DNA of 64,000 nt from Dipteris shenzhenensis (GCA_047967505.1 CM106538.1); one strand, 5' to 3'. Counted from the stretch's first letter, positions 38,296-51,187 are shown. The notes: generated by a model not told the origin, from the sequence alone. Numbers and translations: made by a program.

Positions 38296-39265
38296 GTCCT
38301 AGAATCCACACTCTCCTTGGGCCTTGGTGGTCAATGTTGTCACGCTGAAAAAACTCAGTGATCAGGCTGTGTAGTGGAGTCTGGTTGTATATCTTGATCT
38401 TGCTTACATGTTCTAAGCAAATGCTTCCAATGTCAGACGGCCTCATGGATGAAAGTTGCTAGGCATCTCTAATTGGGTTAGGACAAGAAACTAGATAGCA
38501 GTTGAAACCATCCTTGAAGAGGCAGTTATAGCAACCTTCGGATCTCATAGTATACATGGCATCTAAAAGCGAAGTGCTCCTCTGACTCGATCTCCTGTTG
38601 ATCACATAAAGTGCAAATACGACCCTCTGTGAGTATGCCCTCAACTGGTGTGATGAAACGTGAATTGCCTGATTGATATTCTCAAGGAGTGGGGGAGATG
38701 AATCTGTGTGTATCGTGGTGAATCAATGAAGCCTTTTGTTGAAATCTGCAAGTAGTGGTCTTTGTACAAGCTGAGCTTTAGAGGAAGCTCGCAAAACTAG
38801 GTCCTGAATGTGTGAAGCTTAAGAGATCCTCTTGGATAACCTGGTTACCTCGTGATATATGAGCAGGACGGAAGGGGCCTCAATGTTGTACTAGAAGGGG
38901 GGTAATTTGTCCCTAGACTCTCAAACCATGTGCATGTATGTGCATACCAGAACCTTTAGTCACCCTCACTTGCCAAAGCCATGGATGGCAATAGGGCCAT
39001 CCATGGTATCTTGCATTGCCCGTAGTGCAAGAGCCATGCTCCATGATGCGGTAGAGGTACATGATAACTTGGAATGCTGCATCAAGCTGTAGTGGGGATG
39101 CTTCGAACTCAGCCATGACCATCTAATGTGGGACTGAAAGCTTTCTATGGATCATCTGTGAAAGAAAAGAACCTGAAGCCTCTCCACTCGAGCCTCAATT
39201 TTTCTCTAATAGGTCTGCCCCCCAACAATTGAGAGTGAAAGCACTACCACTCGAGTCTAGCAAGC

Positions 39266-42200
39266 TGACACATCCCAGCACTCCTGAAACCCCTGATCTG
39301 CAAAATAACCACACACAACATCAGAACTGAGCAGGCTGCTCACCACCCAACCGTGACATCTACGGGATATGATCCCGAATCAGAAGATGTCCCCCCGAGC
39401 CACGAGCTGAGCTACTGGCACGAACTCCCAATCAGATCCCAACCAGCCTGGTGTCCCATACCACCAGGTGGCGCTGTGAAGCCCTGGATCTGCCACTGGG
39501 CCTTGGGCTACGCTAAGATGCAGGCGCGCGTCCGCGACACAATTCAGGATCAGACCTAGCACCTGGGAACGAGACTTGCTCCCAACTGCTCCCAACTGCA
39601 CACTGAGAACTGAACCCCCTGGGCCCCTTTTATAGACTCGGGCCCCGGCGCCAAAAATAGCGAAGACCTATAAATAGTTCGTACCCTTGCCACTCAACCC
39701 GAGAATCAAGCCTGCCTAGCTCTAAGCCTCCCCAGGCTAACCTGAGCTAGTTCTGTGTACCTAGTACACGTCAGATACCGATCCGTGCACATGACATACT
39801 CCCCCTCCTCTAAGAACTCACTCCTGAGTTCGCTAAGAAATCGGGAAATGTTCTTTGGAGGTTTTGTAATGTCTCCCATGTTGCATCCTCCTCAACATGA
39901 TCCTTCCACTTAATCTTGTATTCCGTGATAGTACGATTTCGAATCTGTCTTTCACGAAATTCAAGAATAGATTCAGGTTCGTGAGGAATAAAAGTTAAAT
40001 CTGTAACTTCTATAATCTCATGAGGAGAAACAATTTGATCATCTGCACCCAATACTTCTTTCAGTCTACTGACATGAAAGACTGGATGTACTTTAACATC
40101 AGGAGGCAATTCTAGTCGATATGCAACTGGTCCAATTCTTTTAATGACCTTGAATGGGCCACAATATCTGGGGGATAATTTCGGAACCAAACCAGTACTT
40201 AGGCTCTTGGATTCCTTAGGAATTCTCAAATATACCATCGTTCCTTCAGAGAACTCTCTAGGTGAACGATGTCTATTAGCATAAAATCTGTCCCGATCTT
40301 GGGCACTTCTAATAGACTCCTTGGCAAACTGCAACATTTCCTGCATGTCTTGCAAGAAGTTCTTAGCAGCATCATTTTGAATCCCTTTTAATCCAACCAT
40401 AACTGGTGACTTAGGTTGAAACCCGTACATAAGCATAAAAGGACTATAACCTGTACTAGAATGCTTTGCACTGTTGTAAGCAAATTCAATCATGGGTAGA
40501 TAATCTTCCCACGAAGACTGTCTCTTAGATACATATGCCCGAAGCATGTCTTCAACCAACTGGTTGACCTTCTCTGTACTGCCATCGGATTGTGCATGAT
40601 CCGAGGAACTCATACTTAGAGTAGTTTCCAACTTCTCAAATACAAGTGTCCAAAAGTTACTTGTAAACTTTGAGTCCCTGTCACTGACTATGTCAGATGG
40701 CAAACCATACAGCTTGAACAAGTGGTCCACAAACTCGTGAGCCAGCTGAACAGCTGAAATAGTTGTTCTTGTAGGTAAGAATCGAGCCATTTTTGTCAAA
40801 TGGTCGACTATGACCCAAATAGAGTCATGACCCTTGCGCGTTCGAGGCAAACCAGTAATAAAATCCATGGAAATACTTTCCCACTTATTACCTGGAATCT
40901 GTAATGGCTGTAATAAGCCCGCGCTCCTAAGGCGTTCAGCCTTAGTAACCTGACAAACTCGGCAACCTACCACATAGTTCTCTACGAATGCACGCATCTT
41001 AGGCGAATAAAAGGTATGCTTCACAAGAGACAGAGTCCGATGTATACCTGGATGTCCCGCACTAGGAGCATCATGACACTCCCAGAGAATCTTGGATTTA
41101 AGGTCCAGAACATCAGGCACACAAATCTTTTCATTCCGGAACAGCAAGCCGTTCCTAATCATCCACTGACCTCCCGCCGCCTGTATCCTAGGTGGCACAA
41201 TCCCTGAGTCCTGGTCAACCATGGAGCTCCCATCCTGGACTCTCTGCCAATAAGAACTGAAATGACTATTAGTTGCGTATAGCCCTCTCAAGGATTGAAA
41301 TAGGTCTGAGGATATTTCCGTAAATGACAAAGCATTTACAAACTTAACTCGACTTAAGGCATCCGCCACACTATTCAACGAACCCTTACGATAACGTATT
41401 TCGAAATCAAAATCCTGCATTAACTCTGCCCATCTAGCTTTCCTTCCTCTCAATTCTGATCCATCACACACATACTTGATTGACTGGTGATCAGTCAATA
41501 CAAGGAACTTTGAACCATACAAGTAGTGTCTCCAAACCCTGAGAGCATACACTACTGCATAAAGTTCCTTCTCCAGTGTGGGCCAACGATACTGAGTGTC
41601 GTCTAGCTTCTTACTCTCAAAAGCTACAGGTCTGCCCTCTTGGAATAGAGCGGCCCCAATCGCATAATCACTCGCATCGGCCTCTAAAACATAAGGCCGG
41701 GTAGGATCGGGTAATGCAAGAACGGGTGCTTCCTTGATAGATAATTTCAAGGTTTCAAAAGCCTTGTTCATTGCATCATTCCAAGGGATCGGCTGAGTAG
41801 ACCTGCGTCCACGACCTTTCAATATGTTGGTCAAGGGTACCGTGATTTGTGAATAATCACGGACTGACTTCCGAAGAAATACCGTAAATCCTAGGAAAGA
41901 ACGAAGTTGTTTCACAGTCTGAGGGATAGGCCATTCTAAAACCTTCTGGATACGATCCAGATCAATGCTAATACCTTCAGAAGAAATCTTGTGTCCTAAG
42001 TAAATGATCTCCTTCATAAAGAAGTCACATTTACTCATCTTGGCATAAAGCTGATGCTGTCTTAGAACAAGTAAGACAACCCGGAGGTGTCCTATATGAT
42101 CCTCAAGCGTTTTACTATATACCAAGATATCATCTAAGAACACGACAACAAATTTACCCAGATAGTCTCTGAACAAATCGTTCATCATCTGCTGAAATGT

Positions 42201-45200
42201 AGCAGGAGCATTGGTCAAACCAAAAGGTAATACGAGGAACTCGTAATGACCATACCTAGTCCGGAATGCGGTCCTATCTATGTGTTTAGCATAGATACGG
42301 ATTTGATGATAACCCGTACGCAAATCAATCTTAGTGAAATACTTCGCTCCGGCCAAACGGTCTATCAAATCATCAGAACGAGGTAAAGGATAGCGGTTCT
42401 TAATTGTAACTTTATTTAGTCATTTATAATCTATACACATCCTCCAGGAAGAATCCTTCTTCTTTCTTAAGAGGACAGGTGCACCCCAAGGAGATTTACT
42501 TGGGCGGATATAGCCCATATTCAGGTAATCCTGAAGCTAGATAGCTAACTCATCCTCCTCTACCTGGCTCATCCTATACGGTGGTACACTGATAGGTTGA
42601 GCCCCTGGGACTAAGTCTATGCGATGATCTACTGCCCTTTCTGGAGGTAACCCTTCCGGCAGTTGAGCTGGGAATACGTCCTTAAAATTATCTAACAACG
42701 TTCTCAATTCTCGGTGTTCAAACACACTTAATTCATTTTTGTTAATTACCGAAACAATAAATGAAGATAGTGGAATCAAAACACATTGATAGACATCATA
42801 ATGAGAAGTGTTCAATATATTCCGAAGCTGCATCGCAGATACAATAGGCCCCTGAGAAGGGATAATCTTATCACACTGAATACAAAATTGGGTGCCTTTG
42901 TCTTCAAAAGAAAGGGTATGCTCCGTCCATCCGATCTGGATATTGTGGGTTTTAAACCACTCTATCCCGATCAGCAAGTCTACATGCTCTAAATGCATAA
43001 CATAACATGTGAGAGCTCCCGTATAGGCTTGAATCCGGATGGGAAGCGCTTCAACCTTGCGATCCCAAAACTGCTTCCCGGCTGGAAGCTGCACCTCGTA
43101 GGTGTGGTCGCTAGGTACTGTGGACAGCCCCATCTTCTGCACAAATTTGTAATTAACAAAATTGTGAGAGCTGCCCGGATCAAAGAGAATGTGAACCCGT
43201 TGGTCCCTAACTTCTCCATAAACTCGGAAAAGATCATGGGAACCAAACAACGAAGTATTAAAGGTACAATTGCAAGAAAGGGGGCAGGTAATGACATTTA
43301 CTGAAATACCTGTCATCGTAACCTGGTTGGCTCCCTTGGCTGCGGTACGCGGACCTGCCTGGAGCTTTGGTCCTAGCACCAATTTCTGGTTCTTCCGCTT
43401 AGGACACTCATTCTTTGTGTGGCCCCGCTCCTCGCAATAAAAACACCGGCCCTCTTTCTTGAGCCTGAGAGTGCGAAGGAAACGGGCCTTACCATTCTTC
43501 GCAGGAGTTAAGCTTTTCCTGGAGGCGTTGTCCGTAGACTTCGTCTCCCCAATACCAGTCGCATGCTGAAAGAACTTGCGTTTGTTCTTTCCGCTGGTCT
43601 CGGTAACTGTGGTTGCCTTGGTTCCGGCCATGGTATCATCATATATGCGTGCATATGTCATGGCCTCCTGCAATGTTGTGCACTTGTTATTCTTAATCTG
43701 TAACTTATAGGAGTCTGGCAAACCATCCACGAAAAACCTAACAAGGTTACAGGATCCATTTTGGTGGCCCTGGTTTGCAGATCCCTAAATCTCTGAAGAT
43801 AGACTTCAAAAGTTAAGTTCAATTTTGACATATCGAGGGCTTTGAGCTTGCCGACGATATCGTAGTCATCTTCCTTCTTCAGGAACTCCTTCCTGAAGAT
43901 ACCCTCAAATTCTGTCCAAGTGTCAGGCTTAGGCTGAAGTTCTTTCCACCAAAGCAAGGCTTTACCTGACATAAACCCTGCTGCTAGCTGAATCTTTTTC
44001 TCGTCTGGATAGGGGTGAAATTGGAAGTGAATTTGCCACTTGTGCAGCCAAGTGTCAACCACCTCCTTTGTTCTTGATTTCTGGTCACCTGGAAAGGGAT
44101 CCGGAGTGATATTCGGGCCTAGCACGGAGGCCATGGCATCCACATGCGTGAGTGCCTGAACCGTGCTAGCCAGAAGAGTCAAAGTAGCTTGTATCCCTTG
44201 GAGTTGCTGTGTCAACCCCGATTGATTAGTGTTGACCTGCTCAAATTTACCATCTAGAGCAGTCGTGAACTCACTGAAGGCTTTCTTAGTGATCAGGTCG
44301 TCATAGAGACCCTGATCATCCTCCCCCACTGGAGTGTAGTCTAATTCCTGCTCCCCCATAGTGAACTCGGGATTCGGAGCATCAGACATGGCTGAATACT
44401 GATTCGATTACAAACGGAGAGAAATAAATAACTGAAACGGAGCACGGAGGGAGATGGAGTAGAAGAAAACCGTCCCAGATAAATCTGACAGAAAGGATGC
44501 TGAAATCTGGAAGACCACGAGCCCTGGTGCCTCCCCGAATCTGCAACCGGATGCGCAGTCAACGATAGAGGCTGTACGGACTGCTGACGTGGCCTGTACG
44601 GCTGCTGACGCAGTCCGTTCGGTGGCTGCAGGTGTAGGCGCAGCTGCTGTACGGAGCAGCAGCAGGTACAGAAGCAGTCGGTACAGTCCGTACAGGCTGT
44701 ACGGCTGTCGCTGCAGCTGTACGGGCTGGTACGGAACTTTGGGAGCTGTGCAGGGCTGACGCAAGCAAGGCGGATGCAGGGAAACTGCTCGAACGAGGCG
44801 CTGCTGAAGGGCGAGGCGGCTGGCACAGATCTCGAGGTAAGATCTCGAATCTGGGGCTGCTTGTGGGTTGCCTAGCACCCAGCCCCCACCTATATAGGGT
44901 GCAGGGCGGCCTAATTTGGAAGCTAGGCTTCCAAAGAAGGCTGAGCCCCTCCAGCTTTGGAGGGGTGCTTTTGCGAAAAAAGCACCTGAGCCCCTCCAAC
45001 TTTGGAGGGGTGCTTTTTTCGCAAAAAAGCACCTTCCTCCTGCCCTTCCTCCTGCGCAGGCTGCACGCAGCCCTAGGCGCAGGCTGTTCGCAGCCTGTTG
45101 CGCAGGCTGTGGACAGCCTATTGCGCAGGCTGTCCTGCCCCTACAGCCTCGCCTACTGCGTCCCTTTCTACACCCCGCATCCTCTACTCCCTGGCTGCTT

Positions 45201-45976
45201 ATTTCCTGCCCTACTCTCCTCCCTTTCGGCTCTCCTTCTCCTCCCTCAGAACTTCTCTCCGTAGCCTTCAGAATTTTCGTTTCTATTTCACTCCTCTTCT
45301 TCTTCCTTTCCCAGATATTTCTTCACCCCTTCTACCCCAGGTAGACAGCAAAAACGCAGCAGAAAATCTCGAATTTTAGGGCATACCTGGAAGAGAAATC
45401 CGTCAAATTTCTCGCATCAGAAGTTCCTACCTCAGGAGTTGGCTCTGATACCAACTGACACATCCCAGCACTCCTGAAACCCCTGATCTGCAAAATAACC
45501 ACACACAACATCAGAACTGAGCAGGCTGCTCACCACCCAACCGTGACATCTACGGGATATGATCCCGAATCAGAAGATGTCCCCCCGAGCCACGAGCTGA
45601 GCTACTGGCACGAACTCCCAATCAGATCCCAACCAGCCTGGTGTCCCATACCACCAGGTGGCGCTGTGAAGCCCTGGATCTGCCACTAGGCCTTGGGCTA
45701 CGCTAAGATGCAGGCGCGCGTCCGCGACACAATCCAGGATCAGACCTAGCACCTGGGAACGAGACTTGCTCCCAACTGCACACTGAGAACTGAACCCCCT
45801 GGGCCCCTTTTATAGACTCGGGCCCTGGCGCCAAAAATAGCGAAGACCTATAAATAGTTCGTACCCTTGCCACTCAACCCGAGAATCAAGCCTGCCTAGC
45901 TCTAAGCCTCCCCAGGCTAACCTGAGCTAGTTCTGTGTACCTAGTACACGTCAGATACCGATCCGTGCACATGACA
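39266..45976 (-). mobile_element. Full-length Ty3/Gypsy chromovirus LTR retrotransposon, recent
   Basis: LTRs 45456-45976 (5') and 39266-39796 (3'); TSD CAAGC on both sides; iMet PBS at 45442-45453; PPT at 39797-39808; gag-PR-RT-RH-INT-chromodomain order. Confidence 0.98.
39810..44389 (-). pseudogene. Gypsy gag-pol polyprotein with one frameshift (~43735) and one stop (42537)
   Basis: Gag, CCHC CFYCEERGHTKNEC, protease LFDPGSS, RT FLDDIL, RNase H ADASDYAIG, integrase zinc finger and ISMDFI, GPF motif, chromodomain EYKIKWKDHVEEDATWE. Confidence 0.95.
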
Positions 45977-47865
45977 CAAGCACTGCATATTCCGTGCTCC
46001 CTCAACCCTGCAATGCTGGTCTCATCGTGAAGATGGGGCCAGAGAAAAGGACCTTCAAGTATATGCAGGATGCAACCACCTCTACTGCCAACCTATCTAG
46101 TGTGAAGTGCTCTCCATGCAAGACTGCCGGGATGTATTGAAGATCATGACCTTAGTTTTAACAAGGTTGACCTTCAAGTCATGTGTCTCACAGAAAATAT
46201 AAAGTGCATTGGAGCCCCTCTGTTGAGGATGAGAGTAGGACCACGTCATTTGCATATAAGAGAATATGGAGCAAGGATCTGGCTGGAGAGCAGTGAGCTC
46301 CCCCAGGGTCCCAATGAAAGTCTTGAGCACATCTATATAGAGGCCAAATGAGATTGTTGATAATGGACAACCTTATTTGACCCCAATAGCGCTCATAATC
46401 TTCTTTGTTCGTCTTGCACTTGTTTGAATCTTGCTCGAGACTCTCTAATAAAGTGCCATGACTGGACTAGTCTCAACCTTGCTTGAGACTCTCTAATAAA
46501 GTCCCATGTTGGCCCAAATGATCTCCTGATCATATTCTAACTCTTGTAGACGTCTAATGAGCTGAGCTCTCAGACGCCTGTAGCCTCCTCATTGGCACAT
46601 CTGAGCGTGTATGTGATCTAGGTCCCCTGATCTCTCTGGAAGCCTACCTGTCCCACTGCTTCAAGTCCCTAAAGCTCTACAAGCCGACTAACCTCTGTGT
46701 TGAGCAATGATGCATAGATCTTGGACATAACATGTCCAATCATGATGGTACTATTGTTTTCTAGGGGCTTATGTGATCCCGTGCCTTGTGAATGGGAGTG
46801 ATGGTGTTAGGGGTCTAGGTATGAGGGAAATCGTTGCAAATCGCTTCGTTAAACAGCTTTGCTAAGATCATGCCAAAATATTTATTCCATATAGAATGAA
46901 CTCAGTACGTAGGCCCTCATGATCTTTCGCTTGGCCGTGGTGAAGCTTTAGGGCTGCATGTTTGACACCACTAGTTGTGAAAAGTGTGCATGATGTAGGA
47001 CGCCATGCATGTGAGAGATTGGGTGCTGGCTGGTTACGGACATTAGATAGTGTATGTGCATAGGAGTACCAGAGTCTAGTGTCTGTGAGAGGGGATGGTG
47101 CTTGCCACTGAAGGAATGTCCACTAGAATTCTTTAGAATTGTTACTAAATAAAATGTTTATTAACTTCTCATTCTAGAGAACGAAAGTCTGCTTCTTCTA
47201 GCGTACTAGACAACGGTTCTCGTGTATCGTCTCTGCCTCACTCGGAAGATGATGCTTAGCCTCGAATCGAAGTTGTTGATATAAAGCCTTACACTTGTCA
47301 TCATACCTGCTGTTACAGGGTACTGAGCCAAAAGGCGGTGGGCGAGTGGAACGGGTGGTTTGTGAAAAATGTGGAGGGAAGCTTCATGAAGAGAGCATGT
47401 GATCAGGGCGGCTTGATCCTCTAGGAGCATTATATGGTTGATGTATGTGAGTAGAGTGGAGAGGCGTGCAGAGTACTCAGGTGAACGGTTAAAATCAAAG
47501 TGTGTTGTGATAGGTAGTGTGCGTGAGTGATGTCATGTTGTGCATCATAAGCCGTGGGATGGATATACTATAAAACAGATAGGCGTGATCCACTCCTGGA
47601 AGTGGTGGTGAGACATAAAATCCATGATATGTGAAGTGGAGGTGGGGGATCCCATGAGATAGTCCATTATGCTGGAGCCGTCCCCGCCCCCGTCACGTGG
47701 AAAACAAGTGAAACCACTTGAGGAGGGCCAGCAATCCAGGCCAGTATAGATGAAAAGATCATGTATCCTGCGTGTCCAACAGTGCATGCCCATAGGATGT
47801 GACTGAGGTTCGCTTGTCCGTGGAGACTCAGGACATCCCAGCCTCATCTAGATCAACATCGAGAT

Positions 47866-47909
47866 AGAGAGAGAGAGAGAGAGAGATGTATTATCATCTT
47901 TGGGAACTT

Positions 47910-47958
<49 letters not shown>

Positions 47959-47983
47959 TATTATCATCTTTGGGAACTTTGCG
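47866..47983. repeat. (GA)n microsatellite with a duplicated 27-bp flank
   Basis: TGTATTATCATCTTTGGGAACTTTGCG follows two successive GA tracts. Confidence 0.9.
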
Positions 47984-48814
47984 GGCATATGAGACAAAGT
48001 ACAATCCAAGAGTATCTCATACAAGCCACTCTAGGCTGAAGCAAAGGGGTCGCTAAGGCCCTTTGCTGAGTACTATGCTAAACTAAACTCAAAACTCAAA
48101 AACTCAAAACTAGTACTCAATTTCAGAGGCAAAACACATAACCAAGTGCCATGGTGGCTCTCCTGTGAGCTGCAAAAATATATTGTGTCTGTCCACCTGT
48201 TCTATGCTGAAGAAAAATCCGAATGCATACAGCCAAAATTGATTTCTTGTTTGCCCTTCTGTCTGTTTCTGAGAGAGATCTCTTATGAAACATATCATGG
48301 CCGCTTATTTTGCCTTGTTGAACTCACATTCACTTGCATGTAGTTTCTGCAAAAGTGTAATGGGGTATCACATCAAAAGCTGTAATACTGCTTTTGTTGT
48401 TTCAACAGAAGTGTTTCTTTTTTCTTATTATTCTTCTTTGTTGGAACTCGTTTTCTATTCATGTGGTATTTCCATCTTATTTTTGATCCTGTCATGCTGT
48501 GCATTGCGAAGTTAGCACGCACTTAGGTTGCTCATGGTCTGTCTGTCATAAGAGAAAGCTGATCAAGGATATAGACTATAGCATTTTTGTCAGTGTGTAC
48601 ACTGTCCAGTCTTCTTGAAGTTAGATCTGAAAGAATTTAGTGTCTTCTCCTGATCTTGTTTCTTGAGACTCTCCTTCTCCCCTCTGGAAACAAACTTGCT
48701 AGGCATGTGTGGTGATTGCAGCATAGGAGAAAGAGGACTTCCTCTTGAGATAGTAATTGGAATGTTAATCAATATTATTTGATGCTGTGCTTCTTGTGCC
48801 ATTGTGTGTTGCAG

Positions 48815-51187
48815 AGCTTAAGTGTGAGGGTGGAGACTGATAGGAGAGAGCACCATAAGTTAAGCATGCCTGTGCTTCAAGAGAACTATAATTCATTCAA
48901 AAAGTATCTTAAGTACCTTAGCATCAAGAATCAATGGGGAGCTGTCCAAATTATATTGCATATAACTGCTGGAACTGTGCTGGAGAACAAACAAGGGAAT
49001 GACTGTGTGAATGACCATGGGTTAACTCCTGTTTCAACTTTGTGTGGGTTGCTAGATTTCTGGGTGAATGTTTTGGGAGATATTTTGGGATATGCAGATA
49101 GGGATCTGGAAGCTGCTGACTCAAGGCAGACATTACGGTCATTGTTGGAGTTGAAAAGCTGTTGCAAGATTTTCAACATATTATTGCGGGGAAAGAAAGT
49201 TCAAGACATACAAGCTCAGGAGGTAATTGCCGAGGTTACAAGCTCATCAACCTGTGGAGATCAAAAGTCATGGTTCCTGAAAACAATGATATCATCTGGA
49301 TGCCCCTTTCTAGCAGTCTGGGCAGTTTGGGAAGGTACTCTCAGGGAGGTAGCAGGATCAGTAGGATTCTTTGATTTCAAAGATTTGGATAGAGATGGAA
49401 GCGAAAAGAATGAATTGTGGGAATCTCAATCAAGTGTAGCATGTTTATACGAGGGAGAAGAAAACTGCTTGGCTGAGAGGTCTAGCTCAGATTTAATGGA
49501 AGAAAAACCATCTCAACTGCACACAAATACCTCAGAGATCTTGGAGATTTATGCACAAGTTGTAAGCTCATCTATTGAATCATGCCTTCTTATGTCTTGC
49601 AAAGCAACTCTTGTGGAGGATTATGCTGCCGAGCTCAAATCAACAATCAAAGCAGTATCGTCTCTGGGTAGCAATTTTGAGATAGATGGGGAGTTGCAAC
49701 AAATTCAGTCTCCAGCTTACCAAATGTTGCATGAAGTTCGACTGATTGTATGGAAAAAGCTGTGTGATTTCGCTGAAAGTTTGGATGTTCCTCCTTGCCT
49801 GAGATTATGCTTGTTAAAGCTTCTGGAAGCTATCATTTGTCAGCAAGATTCAGCAGACAAACTCAGCAGTTTTGCAAAGTCTGTGAAAAATTATTCACTA
49901 GCATGGGCTGGTTGGGAGAAAACCATCGTTTCAGGTGAAATTACATTCCCTTTTCCAAGGATAAAAAATCTTGTAGTGGCTCTAAAATCCACAGAACTTT
50001 TATCCTCTGAATGGTCAGATGTTAAAGTCAAGGCAGAAGACCTTCTATCTGTTGAAGAAGCAACTTCGGTATTTGTTTCTTTGGCAGCTAGGGTAAATCT
50101 CCCACGGCATGCAGCTTTGCTGAAAAGCCTGTTGGAAGAATGGGAAGGTATTTTTGGATCTCAAAATGATCTAACTTTGGATGAATCTGTAGAGTTTTCC
50201 ACAAGGACCAATCCTACACTGGAGAATACGGACCAAGATGGATGGGGCCAAGATGATTGGGATGATGTTTGGGAAGAGACTGAAGAGACCACAGACAAGA
50301 GTAGCCCAATTATTAGGGATGCTGGTTGCACTGTGCATGCACTTCATGCATGCTGGAAAATTGCTTTTGAAAAACTGGAGTTGTATGGCAGTTTAGAAGA
50401 AATACTCACTGTACTTGACAAAATGTCACCAAGAAACGGGAAGACACTCTTGTCGAAGGAGGAGAGTATTGAGCTTGTTTCTTCTCTTGCACAAAAAAGC
50501 CCCATGTCGGCTTTCAAACTCTCTCTTCTACTACCATACGTAGACGTGCATAATCTGGCTCTAGAGTCTTTTGAGATGAGAATAAGATCCTCAAGCTCCA
50601 CAAATGTACAACAAAACAAAACAAGAGAATTTGAAGGACGGGATATCACTAGTAAAACTGAAGGCAGCTCAGAAACTAATGATGTTGTGGCGGTTGATTA
50701 TTGTCTTTTGACTCTGGTGTTAGGGTCGGGCTGCCTTTCTACAATAGCCGTTGACCCAAAATTTTCACTTACATTCTCATTGCTCTGTGCGCAAATGGCA
50801 TCTTCTGTTCGGGAGGTTGCACTTTTCTATTCTGAACCAAATAGGTTTCAGATGGAGGAGAAAAGTACTGTACAAGAACTCATTTTCCCATTTTTTGTGG
50901 CGACCTTAACACAGACAGGTTATCAAACTGTTGCAAGTGCCTTGATAATGCAATTCATGCAGGTTCATCCTGCTCTAATCACATGGAATGCTTCAAATGC
51001 AGCACTTTATCACTTTCTGAATGCTAAACTATCACTGTTGGACAATAGGTTCCATGATAGCTCTTGTAAAATAGAACAAGGAGAAGGATCTCTTTCCTGC
51101 ATCATTAACACTGTACAGTGCCTCCAAAGCCGGCTGAGAGATACCTTAAGCTCAGCTTCAAATTTTCTTTCAATAAATGTTATGTAG
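48815..51187 (+). CDS. MIP2: MIP2 terminal exon F
   Basis: TTGCAG|AGC acceptor, phase 0; MISSGCPF, VRLIVWKKLCDFAESL, LVVALKS, GWGQDDWDDVWE, HALHACW, FKLSLLLPY, IFPFFVATL motifs of the MIP2 C-terminus; TAG at 51185-51187. Confidence 0.95.
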   Translation, partial: SLSVRVETDRREHHKLSMPVLQENYNSFKKYLKYLSIKNQWGAVQIILHITAGTVLENKQGNDCVNDHGLTPVSTLCGLLDFWVNVLGDILGYADRDLEAADSRQTLRSLLELKSCCKIFNILLRGKKVQDIQAQEVIAEVTSSSTCGDQKSWFLKTMISSGCPFLAVWAVWEGTLREVAGSVGFFDFKDLDRDGSEKNELWESQSSVACLYEGEENCLAERSSSDLMEEKPSQLHTNTSEILEIYAQVVSSSIESCLLMSCKATLVEDYAAELKSTIKAVSSLGSNFEIDGELQQIQSPAYQMLHEVRLIVWKKLCDFAESLDVPPCLRLCLLKLLEAIICQQDSADKLSSFAKSVKNYSLAWAGWEKTIVSGEITFPFPRIKNLVVALKSTELLSSEWSDVKVKAEDLLSVEEATSVFVSLAARVNLPRHAALLKSLLEEWEGIFGSQNDLTLDESVEFSTRTNPTLENTDQDGWGQDDWDDVWEETEETTDKSSPIIRDAGCTVHALHACWKIAFEKLELYGSLEEILTVLDKMSPRNGKTLLSKEESIELVSSLAQKSPMSAFKLSLLLPYVDVHNLALESFEMRIRSSSSTNVQQNKTREFEGRDITSKTEGSSETNDVVAVDYCLLTLVLGSGCLSTIAVDPKFSLTFSLLCAQMASSVREVALFYSEPNRFQMEEKSTVQELIFPFFVATLTQTGYQTVASALIMQFMQVHPALITWNASNAALYHFLNAKLSLLDNRFHDSSCKIEQGEGSLSCIINTVQCLQSRLRDTLSSASNFLSINVM

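Larger units (their letters stand above)
37650..47850 (-). mobile_element. RTE-X-like LINE interrupted by a hAT MITE and a Gypsy element
   Basis: 3' UTR (~37760) and C-terminus (38400-38650) are homologous to 35400-35960. RT LLYANDVVLLS / LKVNLVKTKVMIFN at 46130-46270. APE remnant SIMDYLMGS at ~47660. Confidence 0.8.

Noticed and set aside
44341-45379. Overlapping 130-160 aa ORFs in the Gypsy leader
   Set aside because: GC-rich repetitive leader sequence leaves several frames open; no domain is recognisable.
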